From NCBI GenBank assembly GCA_951406725.2, contig OX597839.1, positions 29,016,001-29,080,000 on the forward strand: 64,000 nt of DNA, written 5' to 3'. Both the position numbers and the translations under genes were made by a program. Shown here one piece after another: positions 28,344 to 43,786 of the stretch (the first letter of the stretch is position 1; every line of letters begins with the position of its first letter). This DNA is from Octopus vulgaris (Eukaryota). The notes beneath the pieces were generated by a model. That model was given only the letters and a program-made list of their open reading frames with translations, was not told where the DNA came from and searched no databases.

Positions 28344-28653
28344 ACAACGAGGATATTTTTATCCAAGATACACTGGTTTAAATATATTATGTAAAATATC
28401 GTAAAATACCAAATATTATTATTGAGTTAGAAAACAGAGAGATCTATCTAATGTATACAAATTAATTTATTAACGGTGAATATGTAAATTAATTAATAAA
28501 TTAATTTGTATCAATTAGATTTCTGTTTTCTAACTCAATCAAAATATTGATATTTCATATATATATATATATATACATACATACATACATATATATATAT
28601 AGTAGTTACCAAACACTACAGATGCATAAAATATAATCCTGATAGTGTCTACC

Positions 28654-28693
<40 letters not shown>

Positions 28694-31655
28694 CACACAC
28701 ACATATACTTATGTACATTATATATGTGTGTATATGTATGTATTTATATATATATTCATTATAAGACATTTACAGAATAACAAGCATCTGTTGAAAGCCA
28801 CATGCGTGTGTATATATGTATATACACACACACCATATATATGTACAGTTAATGATAGAAATCAGTGGGGAACGTAATATTAATAGAAATGATGATGATG
28901 ATGGTGGTGGTTGCAATCATAATAGTAATACCACTGCTGCTGCTGCTACTACTACTACTGCAGCTATTACTACTACTGTTAGTAATAATGTTATCATTAA
29001 TATCAAACATAGGCTGAATATGATGAGGTGTGAGAGCGGAATAATATATAAGAGACCAATACCAGATTGGCTTCGTCAGAAAAGAAAATAATAATAATAA
29101 TAATAATAATAAGAGATTGGGTTTTTGCTGTACCAGCAGCTTGAGTTTATTAGTCATCTATAGAGATCACACCCTAAACAAACATTTAATTAATTAATTA
29201 GATAAAATAATAAGGAAAAAAAAATATTTATATATATATATATATAAAGCAAATAAGGGGGAAAAAAAACAAATCGCGCGCGCTTGTGTGTAACTGTGTG
29301 TGTGGGTTTGGAATTGAAAAATATTTGGGGTTAGTCAAGGTGAGGAAGAAGGGGAAAAAGAGGGGAAAGATTTACCCGAGGTAGAATTAATAATAATAAT
29401 AATAATAGTTGTTTTTAGCACAGGCACAAGGCCAGCTGTTTTTGAGGAGGAAAGTGGGGGTTAGTTAGTAACATTGATCCCAGCACCTGACTATTTACTT
29501 CATTTCATCCATCGACCCCTGGATGGATGAAAGGCAAAGTTGACCGTGGCGGGGTTTGAACTAAGGAACGGGAGATGTAACTAAACAGTCAAGACATTTT
29601 TGTTCAACACTCTACCAGTACTGCCAATCCAACACCCTTAATAATAATAATAATAATTCTTTCTACTAAAGGCACAAGGCCTGAAATTTTGAAGGAAGGA
29701 GACTAGTCGATTGCATTGATCCCAGCACCTGACTATTTACTTCATTTCATCCATCGACCCCTGGATGGATGAAAGGCAAAGTTGACTTAGGCAGAATTTG
29801 AACTCAGAATGTAAAGACGGGCAAAATGCTGCCAAACATTTTGTCCAGCTTGCTAACGATTCCGCAGCTCCACTGCCTGAACAGATAATAATAATAAATA
29901 CATGGTTTGACTTTTGACGGGACTTGAATTCACAACATAAAAAGCCAGACTCTCTCCCCCAAACAAACAAAGAAAGAAAGCCTTGCATTTTGATCAGTGC
30001 CCTATCTAATTCTTGCCAAACCTAGTTCAGCTTGGTCCTTAATTATAGTAATTAATGTCCTTTAGTTGCTCTTTAATGAAATGTGAGAGAAGCTAATGAT
30101 AAAAGGGGGCTGTTTTATTAATAATGCAATAGGAGTGTGGAGGGGTTAGGAGGTAAATTAGGGGTTCATACAGGAGAAGGTGACGAGAGATAGAGAAACT
30201 GTGGATGAGTGGGTGGGTGGGGGGGACTGTCATTGGAACGATGACTAAAAAAAAAGACAAAAAGAAATGGTGAAAACAGGTTTTTGAAAAAAAGTAGAAA
30301 AAAAAATATAAAGAAAGCAATTTGGTAAAGGCAAAAATTATGTTCTATAGTTTGGCAACAAATGATATAAGCATTACACATACACACTCACACATATGTA
30401 TATATGTATATATATATATGCGCACATGTGTGTGTATATATATAGATAGATATGCACACACATATACACATACATGTGCATACATACCATGTACATTATT
30501 TATATACATATACGTAAGCAGATATATACACACAAATATATGCACACACACACACACACATTTTGCACTTACATATCTACACATACGTATGAAGGGAACA
30601 GCTTGATTCGAGTTTCAAATAAGATAAAGCAAAAAAAGGGAAAACAAAGCGATTTTTTAAAAATAAAAAATGGCCAACAACAATGTTTATATATTACAGT
30701 AAATAAAAAAAAAAAAGCAATTCACATAACGTTAACAAAATTATAACAAAGCAGGAAAAGAAACAAAACAAAAAAAAAAAACAACAAAAACATGGAAAAA
30801 TTACATGACCCCCACTACTAACACAACCAGCAGTAACAACTATAGCACAAGTGTATATACAAATTACTGTTGTCCCCCCTCTTTTTAAGAAAAACCTTAA
30901 TTTCCCCTCAATCACTTACTGTGCCATACTAGTATCGTTATGGACCTGAAGAGAAATGTGTGATTTTTGCCCCTTTAAATGCATTTATTTACATCATTTC
31001 ACAGTTTGGCTATTAAACTGGCCCAGATCTTCTTGCTGGATTCTGCTCAAACCATCCAGATTTGGCCTCTCACACCTATCCTACAATGTTATTCTGAAAA
31101 TAAACAATCACATCATTGAAATCTTGAAGCTACAAGATTAATAACAGAAAAGAATGTAAATAGATAAGCAGTTGACGAGAGTCGTCTGACTGCTAACGAG
31201 TTTGATCAGATTGAAAATGAACTACCTGGGAATTTACATTATCAGGTGATAATAATAATAATAATAATGGTTCTTTTTAATTTTGGCACAAGACCAGCAT
31301 TTTGAGGGAAGGAGTTTTAGTCACAACACAAGTACTTCATTTTACCAATCCTTGCGGGATTTGAACTCAGATGCTGCTAAGCATTTTGTCTTGTGTTAAT
31401 GATTCAGTCAGCTTGTTGCTTTAATAATGAAAATATTTCTTTCTAATGTAGGCACACACGCACACGTGCACACACACAAACCCCCAAAACCAAACAGTCC
31501 AAATGACCACCACCATTTGCTTTCATAAGTTGGATTGGTTGATGGTTTGAAAGACATTCTTTTTCCCTAATTTGCTCTAAAATAAAATCTTTAACAAGCT
31601 GGAGTGAAAGTGGTGACAGTTTCATATATGCATACATATATACGCATTATACACA

Positions 31656-31800
31656 CAGGTGTGGGCAAAAGTAGGTCTACAGTTGCTTGAAAATATCAAT
31701 GGAATGTTCTTTTCACTTCTCTATTTCTTTTCTAGAATAAGAATGCAAAGAACATTCCACTCCAATTAAGCAACTGTATGCTTACTTTTGCCCACCCTTG
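31656..31800. mobile_element. Short palindromic Tc1/mariner-type MITE
   Basis: CAGGTGTGGGCAAAAGTAGG.CTACAGTTGCTT pairs with AAGCAACTGTATGCTTACTTTTGCCCACCCTTG. The inner part (GGAATGTTCTTT/AAAGAACATTCC) also pairs. Confidence 0.7.
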
Positions 31801-31944
31801 TGTATATATATATATATATATATATAGAACAGAACTGCATATACACATACATCCATATATACAAAAGGGTGATGATAGTTTAAGTTTGATTAAACACGGC
31901 AGATGAAAGCAAAATGAAAACAACAACAGAAATAAACGTTTATC

Positions 31945-31976
<32 letters not shown>

Positions 31977-33435
31977 CATATTTTGTTTTACAAAGATAAG
32001 AAACTTCAGATTTATGTTGAGCGGAAGGAAAATTGTGTAGTTTACGTTTACACTGCCCTACCCCACCACCATCAGGGCCCCGGGGGCATTAGAATTTGTG
32101 ACACAGAAGAATTAGTTCCATAATGAAGTGGAAACAATCCCTTCCCTTATAGTTTTTCTATACATAAACTTTTATATTTATACATTATATATATAATACA
32201 CACACACACAAAATATATACATTACATAATTTATACTTTTGTGTGTAAGCAGGTATAATATATATATATTGTATTTATAGATATATACATATATAAATTT
32301 TATAAAGTCTGTGTGTGCATGTGTTTGTTTACACACATTGAGCGAAGATAGAATATGGCTGGAACATGGCTAACGCTTAATTATCGTTAATTTTTAGCAA
32401 GTGTTGAAGGTACAAAAATAGAAAGACTCAAACTCGTAGTGAAACATGGTCTTCTCCACCCCTTAGCAATGCCTGTGACTCAATATCTGAATGAGTGTCT
32501 TAGCTAACTATATATATGTGTGTGTGTGTGTGCATGCCAATAACACCTACCAATCAAGATCTGTAGTACAGAAGAAAATAAGCACAAGTGATGCAGTTTG
32601 TGGTTTTAAAAACCAACAAAATAAGGGAATGATTTTCAAGCAACTTCACGTGGACATCGGCACAACTAATGTCTTCTCACACACAGAGGCATATACCTGA
32701 ACTACATTTGACAGTATGTCGTTGGTTCCTCTTGTGTAAAAAAATTGAGAAGCAAGAAGACACAGGAAGGGAAATCAAAACAATGTGAAATTCATTACTT
32801 CAGAAAAGTTTGTGTATATGTGTATGTATGTGTATATATATATATATATATATACACACACATACATATACATATATGCAGAAATACCTAGAAACATTAC
32901 CTGACAGAGACAGCTGTTTTTTTCCCTCTTTTAAGGAAAGAAAGTCATATCCCAACTGTAAACATTTTTACTCTTTTACTTGTTTCAGTCATTTGACTGC
33001 GGCCATGCTGGAGCACCACCTTTAGTCGAGCAAATCGACCCCAGGACTTATTCTATTTAGCTCATGTTACAATTAGTTTCAAAATCACTCAGCAAAGTGG
33101 ATCAGTTTATTCTCATCAAACTTGTTTAGCTTCCACCTGGCTTACTCATGTGTGAACTGCTTTGCTTTGTGCACCAAGGAAGCAGCCTTTATTACTACTA
33201 TTCTGGTCAGAATGTATAAATTAAGTCTATTAAGTGCTAAATTGAGTTATCTTCTGTTTATCAGGCAAAACAACTTGTTGATCCCTTAATAAACAAGTGT
33301 TATTCAAGAAGGAATTTGGCTGCTCTTTTTAGGAGATCATGTAACCATATAGTAAAGCTGCACTCTGATTGGCTCCTACCTAAGTAGATCTGTAATTAAA
33401 GACTTTGATGACCACTACTAAGCTGTGTGTGCATG

Positions 33436-33495
<60 letters not shown>

Positions 33496-33584
33496 AGATG
33501 ACTTAACAAAGTCAGTGATCTCAGCCCCTTTTAACTCCCTATAGATACATTGAACAGTGGTCTGACCAACTGTTCAATATGTAT

Positions 33585-33615
<31 letters not shown>

Positions 33616-34810
33616 TGCATATGAGGGTGTGTTGAATGAAGTGAATGTAGACAATAAGCTTTTGGTAATTATTCAGGATAAAAGGAAGAGACTTGGGGTG
33701 GGTGGTGGGATAAGAAAAGGGAAAGTAGGTTAAAATTAGGGGTTAGGGGTGGGCAGAAAGCAGATCTCGTAAGTGAATCGGTTTGTCATGGAATTAGAAA
33801 GCAACTCTCTTGTGTATTGTTTTATTTAAGAAAAAAAAAACAATCAACAAAAAACATCAACTTTTCATTAATTATTTTATGCTTGTTTTTTTTTTTCAAA
33901 GCAATTAACAATAACTTTAACAACAACAACAACAGATAAAAATTTTCTTTCCTTTTTTTTTTTTTTTAGAAAATAATTAAAAAAAAAAAAAAACTGAAAA
34001 TACATTTCCAAGTGTCAACAGAAACTCTAATTAAATGAAAAATATAAATTACAAAATAATAATAATAATAAAGAAAAAAATGGGGAGGAAATCCAATGAA
34101 ATTTTGTTGAATCATGTGGAGAAGATGTGTTTGTTTGGTCCTCCTCGCCCCTCCCCTCCTTGTACAAATAAATCATGAAATATGTTGTCTCCTAACTCCG
34201 TGATGGTGGTCGTTCTCTTAACACCTCCACCCCACACTCGCTATCAAATCCAAATGCAAATAACTCCGTATCAACATGTTTGTTTCGAGTAAACAGCTAA
34301 CCCACCTCCACCTACCTATTCACACAGGTGTGTGTGTGTATATACATACATATATGCGTATATACTTATATATATATATATATATATGCATCTGTATATG
34401 TAATGTGTTTGCCATTCCTCTTTTTCTTGTTAAGTGAAGGTGATTAGCTAATCCACACGGTAGGTAACTTCACTATCATTAAATAAAATGTGTGTGTTTT
34501 GTGCAGATATACACACACACACACACATGTATGTATATATATCATAGAGATGTTGTAAAAAACATTGTAATATCAGTGATAGCATTCGAATGCCGCATGA
34601 CTGCAAAGCAATATCAGAACTTGAAACCGACCTAACCAAAGTCCCTAACCCCTAAGTAGCTTAGGTTACCATATACCACCAGTAGGGGCCTGTCACTGGA
34701 GATCTTGGTCTGTGCAATATCCAGATAGGATATTACATAGATTTCTAATATAGAGTGCATTCATACACACATTTATATACAGATTATTCTTAAACAAGCT
34801 AAGAATATTA

Positions 34811-34861
34811 TTGATAGTCTGACAATGGCTTAGGTGACTGAAACTTCAAAGTCACTGTCAA
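34811..34861 (+). ncRNA. Degenerate type-I hammerhead
   Basis: TTGATAGT CTGACAA...GAAA CTTCAAAG TC ACTGTCAA. Has an 8-bp stem I and GUC triplet. The core (CTGACGA to CTGACAA) and stem III (ACTTCGAAGT to ACTTCAAAGT) each differ from canonical by one CpG-type change. Stem II is weak. Confidence 0.55.
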
Positions 34862-37800
34862 CAACATTCTTGTACAAGAATAATAAATTTGTACTCTTCA
34901 AAAGTATAGAGTAACCCATCAGATTAATGTAAAATAATTATAGCTAATCATAAAAAAAACAAACATATATATATATGGAAACTCTGCCCTTCTTAGCCAC
35001 TATTGTCCCTCAATCTATTCTGACCCAGTGTAGTAGCACCTACCAGGGTCCTAGTTACAGGTTAATTAGAATGTCATGGAATTGCCCCCGGAAGAAGGTC
35101 TTCCACAGACACCCCATCAGACCCAGGCAGATGAGGCCCTTTGGCCCTTTGGCTGCTCATGTGCTCCACACAAATCCTGCATCCTTGATAATTACTGGAT
35201 TTGTGGCCGTACAAAAGTGCTACAGTATGGCTGGAACCACCAACAAAAGCAAAAGAGCCAATAATTAGTTAAAGTTTAAAACCTCACCCCAGCACACCCC
35301 ACCTGTTCCTGGTTCATTCTTATATGCTCTTTTACAGGTTTAGTACCAGCCAATGGACTGTGCCCCTACTGGAGGCAAAAGTGCCCTCAACGGATAATTG
35401 CTGATTATATTAGCATCAGCACTTGCAGTTTGGTGACATAGGCTGGATTTGAACTTAGAACTTTAAGGGATGTGATCCAATACCATGATGTGGTGTACTT
35501 TGTATCTATCCCTCCCCCCATAAGGGTCCTAACTAATCCTTTCCATTTTTATTTTTGCCCCTCTTTGGCTCAGAACACTGTAGTAAGACAGAACTCAATA
35601 AGGTGAAAACAGTCTTGGAGCTCTACTGACCCTAATGCCTGCCATCTCCCACCCAGGGGTCTGAAAGGAAATAAATAGAAATGAGTAAAGGAAGAAAAGC
35701 AATCTATTATTGAATAAAGAAGTTTCTAAAACAAGGAGGAGGAGGAGGAGGAGGAAGGGATGAAAAGATTGAGATGAAAGCTTGATTCTAAAGATTCCTG
35801 GATGTGTATGTATGAATGTATACAGAACGTGCAATGGTTTTGTTAGGTGAGGGCATTGTTCTTGTTAACCCACTTCCACCAGCTCACCCCCATTGTGCAA
35901 GATCTATGATCAAAATGTATTCCAAATGTGACCATCCTGTCTTTGTCCAGGCATGTCTAAGACGACATTAACTAACATGTTCTTCCAAACTTTCGTTTTA
36001 ATTAAAAGAACATTTTTCTGTTTCTAAAGACAGTAGGATGAGATTTCAAGCAGGCTAAGGGGCTGATGGGAACCCAGGTCCTCCCCTCCTCCACCACATT
36101 GACAACATTGTCATCATCATTGATGTGAGAGAGAGAGAGAGAGAGAGAGGGCAGAGCAAGCACCTTGTTAGATCTGCACAAATGGGTGATTGAACCAAAC
36201 TGTCCATCAATGTTTCTGGGGGTGGCAGTGGTCATCCGCACCCCCCCCTATCATCATCATCATTATGATAGAACAGTTCATGTTTTAAAAAAACCAACAA
36301 CACTTGACTCCCATCCACCCATCTCACATCTCTTTCCCTTATGTGAAAGACATCAAAGAATTTAGCAATGTGTGTGTGTGTGCATCTATCCGCCTTTCGA
36401 CCTCTCTCACCGTCTCCAATACTCTGCTTTGTATATTTTCGATTTATAGTTGTTTTACATCGGTTGTTGTTACTCCACCCCCTGCACTCATTTCCAGAAA
36501 TCAATTCACAAATCTCAAAAGACTAAGCCCCCCCCCCACATATAGACACACATGTCGCAAACATATTAGTTAAAATTTAAACATTGACCCTAGTAAATAT
36601 TTACAAGGCAGGGGGGATGGGATGGGGGATGAGGGAGGGATGTGGAACTGATGACATTATTATTATTATTGGGCGCTATTTTGTAGAGAAGAGAGTGTCA
36701 AAGAGCAACACATCTCGAGATCTCCACCAATAATTTCTGATTAAGAAAAAAAAAAAACTTTGGTTGGGGGAAGAGTTAAAAAATAAATAAAAACTTTTTG
36801 TCACGGACAATAAATATTTTAATAAATTACAAATTGTTACTGAATTGAATTGAAATGAAATAAAACATTTTGTAGTCACACTGCTTTGGCAATGGCATCA
36901 TACCATAACAAAAAGATCTACCATTTATTCTACAGAAGACACACACACACACACACACTCACAAAAATATCAATAATGGTTTTAAGGATGTTAAAGAATA
37001 TTTCTTGAAAAACAGAATTTAGCCATTTGCTGCCTCTCTCTCTTTCTCTCTATTCTTCTCTGGCACTCTTTCTTTCTTCCTCTCTCTTTCTAATAATTTC
37101 ATATAATTATTTTTATTTCATTTTTGTCAAAATTAAAAAGAAAAAATATTTAAAAAAATATTTTCTTTTCCTTCCAAGTAAATTAAAATTTTTTTCTTCT
37201 TTTTGTGTTGAGACAAATTTTAAGGTTCCTACCACGATACTCTTCAGCTAATCATTTCACAAAAATCACAGGAATGCATACGAACTGGTGTTTAATTACT
37301 GGTGTAATTATTATTATCATTAATTAATAGATGGAAATATCTGCCAGGTCACCTCCTTGGTGCGGGATGCTAGTCTATCATAAAAATCCTCTCCCCCCTA
37401 GAAAGACCAGGTATCTACTCTTTTTGCCCCCTTATAAACACAGTTAAGTCAATCTCACTCAGCTCGACGAAAAAAAAAAAAAAAAAAGGGACCCTTTCCT
37501 ATCTCGTTCCCCAGCAAACTCTGCAATGAACGTAAGAAGTAGCTTAACAGTCGACAGCGTTGATGTGTTGAGATCGGTGTTATCCATCAACGGGTGATCA
37601 GGGACGTAAGTGGTGGCGAGAGACTGGCTACCAGTGAAGTTGGTGAAATCGTTATGATGTGACCAAGAGTTGATCTGAGGGCCAGAGACTCGTTTTTGCC
37701 AAGGGTTTTACTCCCTATGCCATGCTGCTTGCCAAAAGTAGTAAAAGCAAAAAAAAAAAAAAAAAAAGGGTTTTAACGTAAATTTTTTGGAATGTTTTAA

Positions 37801-39281
37801 ATTCTTATTAATTATTTATTAATAATAATAATAATAATAATAATAAATCATAAAAATCCATCACAATTTCAAGGAGACTGAAAGATTAGTGTTTCTGTTT
37901 TTTTTCATCAGGAAATTTCTTAGTATTTTCTTCAAGACAGCTAAAAGTCTTTCTTCCTTTTCTGCTGCCTGACCAATGACAACCAAACTGTCTGACTAGT
38001 CTCAGACAGGTTGTTGTAATACATCTTTGCATATATCTTCCAAACATGAGAAGTAGGGATTATTTGATCCACTGGGATGAAAGTGGACACAGCCGAGCTA
38101 GAAGAAGGTAAAGACTGCATTTACTGAGACCCTTAATAATTGATTCCCTGAAAGTCCTGAAAAGAGCAAATGGAAATGGTGTGTGTGTTTATGGGTGTGT
38201 GATGAATATTGTGCAGGGATGGAAGGAAAATGGCTAACCCCGTTAAGTGACCAGAGTCAGGACCACCTACACAGGAGCACAAATATCTAATGACACTAGT
38301 GGGGGGTGGTGGGGAGATGACAGGGTCAGGTGTCACAAATAATTGTTTCTGGTTTAGGCTCTGGGCCAGCAATTTTGAGCAAGGGTGTGTCAGTCAGTTA
38401 CATTTACCCTAGTCTTGACTGATTCTAATTTATCAGCCCCCCCCTCTACCACCTAAAGAATAAAACACAAAGTTGGGCTCAGTGGGATTTGAACCCAGAC
38501 TGTAAAGAGTCGGAAGAAATACTGCCAAGCATTTCGTCCAACACTAATGATTCTGCCAATTCCCTTGCATGCAATAATAATAATACTAATAATGGTTTCA
38601 AATTTTGGCACAAGGCCAGCAGGTGCAAGGGAGGAGGGGGCACAGTCAATTACATTGACCCCCAGTGTTCAACTGGTACTTTATTTTATCGACTGTGAAA
38701 GGATGAAAGGCAAAGTCGACCTCGGCAGGATTTGATCTCAGAATGTCAAGACAAAATGCCACCAAGCATTTTGCCTGCCATGCTAACAATTCTGCCAGCT
38801 TGCCCCCTTAATAATAATCCTTCCTACTATAGGCACAAGGCCTGAAATTTGGTGGAAGGGGGCTAGTTGATAACATCGACCCCCCGCCCCACTATTTCAC
38901 TGGTACTTAATTTAGTGACTCAAAGATTTTTTTTTATATAATAATTTATCAAGATCTCTTAAAAGTTTAATTTGTGTGAATTAAGGTTTTTCAATGCTTG
39001 TTGAAATTAAGTTTTTGTTTCTCTCAAAGTTTAAAATCTCTTCATTGAAGGAAAAACATTAAATGAATAATAATAATGGTGGTGGTAGTGCTCCTCCCTG
39101 GCCACAACCCTATGACTGAAAAAAATTATCAGTTGTCTCTTAGTGAATCACTAATTTTCTATCAATTATTATTATTATTATTAAGGTGAGGGCAAAGGGT
39201 TCCAGCATGAAAATAAAGGTCAAAAAGTTGAACTAAAAAAAACACTTGTATAACAAATACAATGAAATCAATGTGTGTATG

Positions 39282-39350
<69 letters not shown>

Positions 39351-41648
39351 TTGAGGACCAGATTTTCATAATAAACTGAAAGTGACAGGTGGAAGGGTGG
39401 GGTGGTGGTGGGAGGCAGAGGAGGAGTGGAAAGGGTGGGGGGAACAGAACCCAGAGGGCTATGGAAATGGCATTGATGATGCTGATGATGATGATGATGA
39501 TGATGAGGGCTGGAGGGAGTAGATGAAGCGGAAACATTAGCACGAGTCAAATAATAATGGGATAAAAGAACGGAACTAAAACCTACATTGAATCAATCAA
39601 AGAAAGTGTGTGTGTGTGTGTGTGTGTTTACAATTAGCATGATCGAACATCACTGAGAGTAAATAGGGGTCAGTTTGACTAGTTCCCATAATGGATTAGA
39701 ACCTACATCCACGGCAAGGTCCACTTTATATGGCAATAGTTAAATTACGGTCGTTTATTCTTTGTCAACTCTAATTTACATATATAGACATGTATGTATA
39801 TACACCCACACACACATACACCCGCACATATATATATAAATATATATCATAAGGTATGTTTAAAGATGTAATTATGTAAGTATATATATATATATATATT
39901 TATATATATACACACATACAATTACACACACACATACAGAAATATAAGGTGTATCTGCGTTGCGTGTATGTGTGTGCGCATGAAAGTATGTCTGAATGCA
40001 TACATACAAACACAGATATATTTATATATGTATACATACATATTATGCACATACACTTTATATATCACACCTACATATATATCTGAGAATATATATATAT
40101 ATATATAAACACCATTTAATGTCCATGATCCATGCTGGGATGGACTGGGCTAAATAAATATATATGTCATTATTATTTAATATCCAAGTTCCACGCTAGC
40201 ATGGGTTGGACTAAATATATATATATATATATAATGTATGTATGCCTGTGTATAATATATGTATATACATATGTGTTGATGATAAAAAGCTGGTAGTAGA
40301 TGCTGTTAAAATAATACACTTTTACAAATTTTTTTTCAATCTAAAGACTGCAAAAAAACCCGAATTTCCAGATCATTTCTAACATCTTCACATGATAGGT
40401 CGAAAAAAAAAAAAAAAAATCCATTATAATTAAAATATAAATATAGAAGAAATCTTATAAATTGGCATTTGTTATTCTTTTCTTTTTCTTTTCTCTCCTT
40501 GGCTTTCAAATACAATTTTATTTATTTATCAATATTTTTTGTTTGTTTGTGAGTTGTTTTATGTTTCAGATTTTCATTGAATCCTTACTGTTTTTTTTTT
40601 GTCATTAAAACATTACATCTTTTCCAGCAAATATTTTTTTTCATCTTTTTTTTCCCGCCATATTTTCTAGTCGTTTTTTTTTCTCAGATTCTTTCTTTCT
40701 TTCCATTTTTGCAGTGTCCCAGTCTCAAAATATAATAAATAAGTTTGTTTTTCTTTAAAAAAAAAGCACAAATTACTGTCTCTCTCAATCAATAAAGTCA
40801 AAATTGCAAGGACAAAAAAATTTTTTTTTCTTTTTCCATATTATTATTATCTCTTACATCTTAAATTTCATATTATTTTGCACATAGTTTTTCTTAAAAT
40901 CATTTTTTTTAGAGGAGTAAAGTTTTTAATTAAGTACATTTTAAAATAATTTTTTCTTCTTTTTTTTTTGCATGTGATAGTTTTCCAGGGGAGAGAGAGG
41001 TAGGGGGGAAGGATAGGTGAAGATTTAAAATTTAAAAATAACAAAAAAAAAAAGACTAAAATACTGAAATCAAAGATATGTTCATCCTAAATTTCTTTTT
41101 TTGTTTTGCTTTTTTACCAAAATCTGGCTACTAAAAGAAAAAAATATGATATAAAGATAAAAATTATGGAAGAGGGACAAAAGGAGGAAAAGGTGAGGGA
41201 CAAAAAGACGAAAAAAAAAAATTGCAGTTTTTTTTGGCGGGGGGGGGGGGAGGAAAGGGGTCTGGATGAAATGTTAGAGAGAGAGAGAGACACACACACA
41301 AGAGATTCAATATATTCAAAGTGAGTTGAAGTGAAGCAATTTGGTGAACATTTAAACCAAGCTGAAGAATTGGTTAGTCTTGTCCACAAGGTTCCAATTT
41401 TGAGAGTGCAAGAGACAAGAGGGAAAAAAAGGGTTGTTTTGTAGTTAAACTTCATTGCAAAAAGAAAACAATTTAGGTTATATTTTCTTTGTATATATAT
41501 ATATATATATATACATATATATGTATATATATATTATTTTTCACCATTTGTACAAATTTGTTCCATTTCCTATCTTTTCTCATCTGACTATTTTTTTCCT
41601 TCTCTCTGTCAAAGAAAAATGCATCATCTAAATACCAGCACAGGAATC

Positions 41649-41721
<73 letters not shown>

Positions 41722-42033
41722 ATATATATGTATGCATACATATATATACACACACATATATGTATGTATATATATATGTATGCATACATATATATACACA
41801 CACATATATGCATATATATATATGTATGTATACATATATATACATATATATACACACACACATATATGCATATATATATATGTATGTATATATATACATA
41901 TATATACACACACATATATGCATATATATATATATATATATATATACATACATATATCAACAAGTGTCTTTTTTTATGCTGTTTCTTCTGAAGTTGACAG
42001 AAAATTCTAATTTGTTGGTTGAACAATACTGCC

Positions 42034-42066
<33 letters not shown>

Positions 42067-42374
42067 CATCTATAAATATATATACACCTATATATACATA
42101 CACACACACGCACACACACATTTGTGAGACAAAAAATTTTAACATTTAGAATAAAGTAAACAAGACGACCGAGACAAGAAAAGGGAGAAAGGAAAAGAAA
42201 AAAAAGGGAAAATTTCTGACCTCCCCCACCCAAAATTAGTCCAGTATTATTAATTAATTAATTAACAAGACATGAATTCTTGGTGGGGGTTGGTCTTTGA
42301 TTTCCAGTTGCATTGGCCGACTAAAATTGGCTGGTTTCTAAAAACGTTACTCTTAAATAAATACTTTGTATGCA

Positions 42375-42422
<48 letters not shown>

Positions 42423-42712
42423 TATGTGACTGCATATATAATGCATGTCTGCAATATATTTTTTTTTAATTCATTTTTTTTTTTTTTCATCTTTTTGCTG
42501 CTTTGGTGTGATGGGAGAGCGAGAGAAAGAGACAGAAAGAAAGAGATGTGGAAAGACAAGGGGGGTGGGGTGGAGGTCAAAAATGAATTAACACCAACAT
42601 CCCCCCTCTTCCCCTAACCCCCCCTTGCACTGGGTTTAGAAATGGTTGGCAACATTATTTCCAATCTAGAAGTCTCTAGCGCCGCCGTTTTTTGCTAAGG
42701 AGAACAGTGCTT

Positions 42713-42859
42713 CTAACTGCCATTGCTATTCCTGTGTTCAATTGGGATGTCAGCTCCGTAAAGCTTACTGGCCTTCTTGTTCATTTTCGACTGCATTTTC
42801 GTGGAGGCCCGGAACCCTCCTAAGATCTCTTCCTTCCACTGGTGTATTATCACTTTATC
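42713..42859 (-). CDS. GRK2: GRK2-type kinase, terminal coding exon (PH C-terminal helix and tail)
   Basis: gtttctgtttctacag|GAT AAA GTG...AAT GGC AGT TAG, 147 nt. Translates DKVIIHQWKEEILGGFRASTKMQSKMNKKASKLYGADIPIEHRNSNGS*. Has the conserved PH-helix Trp, an M.KKA.K.YG motif and an SNGS end resembling invertebrate Gprk1. Confidence 0.92.
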   Translation of the reverse strand, partial: DKVIIHQWKEEILGGFRASTKMQSKMNKKASKLYGADIPIEHRNSNGS

Positions 42860-43686
42860 CTGTAGAAACAGAAACAACAGGAATTACAATTCAACATCAT
42901 CAGATACTAACAACAGAAATCAGACTGAAACAACTTCTAACAATAATTATAATAATTGTCCTTAAAATAGGGACCACGCTGGAATGGGACTAAAAATAGG
43001 GGGAATGATAGGTTAAGATTTAAAATTTAAAAATAGCAAAAAAAACAAAAAATGACTAAAATATTATTGAAAACAAACATATACTCTTTTACTTGTTTCA
43101 GTCATTTGACTGCGGCCATGCTGGAGCACCGCCTTTAGCCAAGCAAATCGACTCCAGGACTTATTCGTTGTAAGCCTAGCATTTATTCTATCGGTCTCTT
43201 TTGCTGAACCGCTAATTACGGGGATGTAAACACACCAGCATCGGTTGTCAAACGATGTTGGGGGGACAAACACAGACACACAAACAGACACATATACACG
43301 ACAGGCTTCTTTCAGTTTGCATCTACCAAATCCACTCACAAGGCTTTGGTCAGCCCAAGGCTATAGTGGAAGACACTTGGCCAAAGTGTCGCACAGTGGG
43401 ACTGAACCCAGAACCATGAAAGTACAGTGGTTTTACTTTTTATCTTCTATTAAACTTTTTAATACTTTTTGATAGTTATATATGTTTAAAAAATAAATAA
43501 ATAAAATAAAAAAAATATGTATATAAAAAAATCTAAAAATTTATAAATGTTTCTTTTCAGATATCATCAGAAAAAGGTGATTAAACTTCATTAAAATGAC
43601 AGATCTGTTGGACTTTGAAAGAGGTGAAACTTTTGGTGCTTGTATTGTCTCAATGGTCCTGTGGGTAAAGACATACAGACATATCA

Positions 43687-43786
43687 NNNNNNNNNNNNNN
43701 NNNNNNNNNNNNNNNNNNNNNNNNNNNNNNNNNNNNNNNNNNNNNNNNNNNNNNNNNNNNNNNNNNNNNNNNNNNNNNNNNNNNNN
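43687..43786. other. Assembly gap (100 N)
   Basis: Run of N. Confidence 1.

Noticed and set aside
34644-34655. Telomere-like CCCTAA/TTAGGG motifs (also about 13724 and 33736)
   Set aside because: Only one or two units each; expected by chance or within repeats.
37470-37710. Open minus-strand frame of about 75 codons (PQINSWSHHNDF...)
   Set aside because: No convincing splice sites or recognisable homology, it runs into poly-T, and it lies downstream of the GRK stop.
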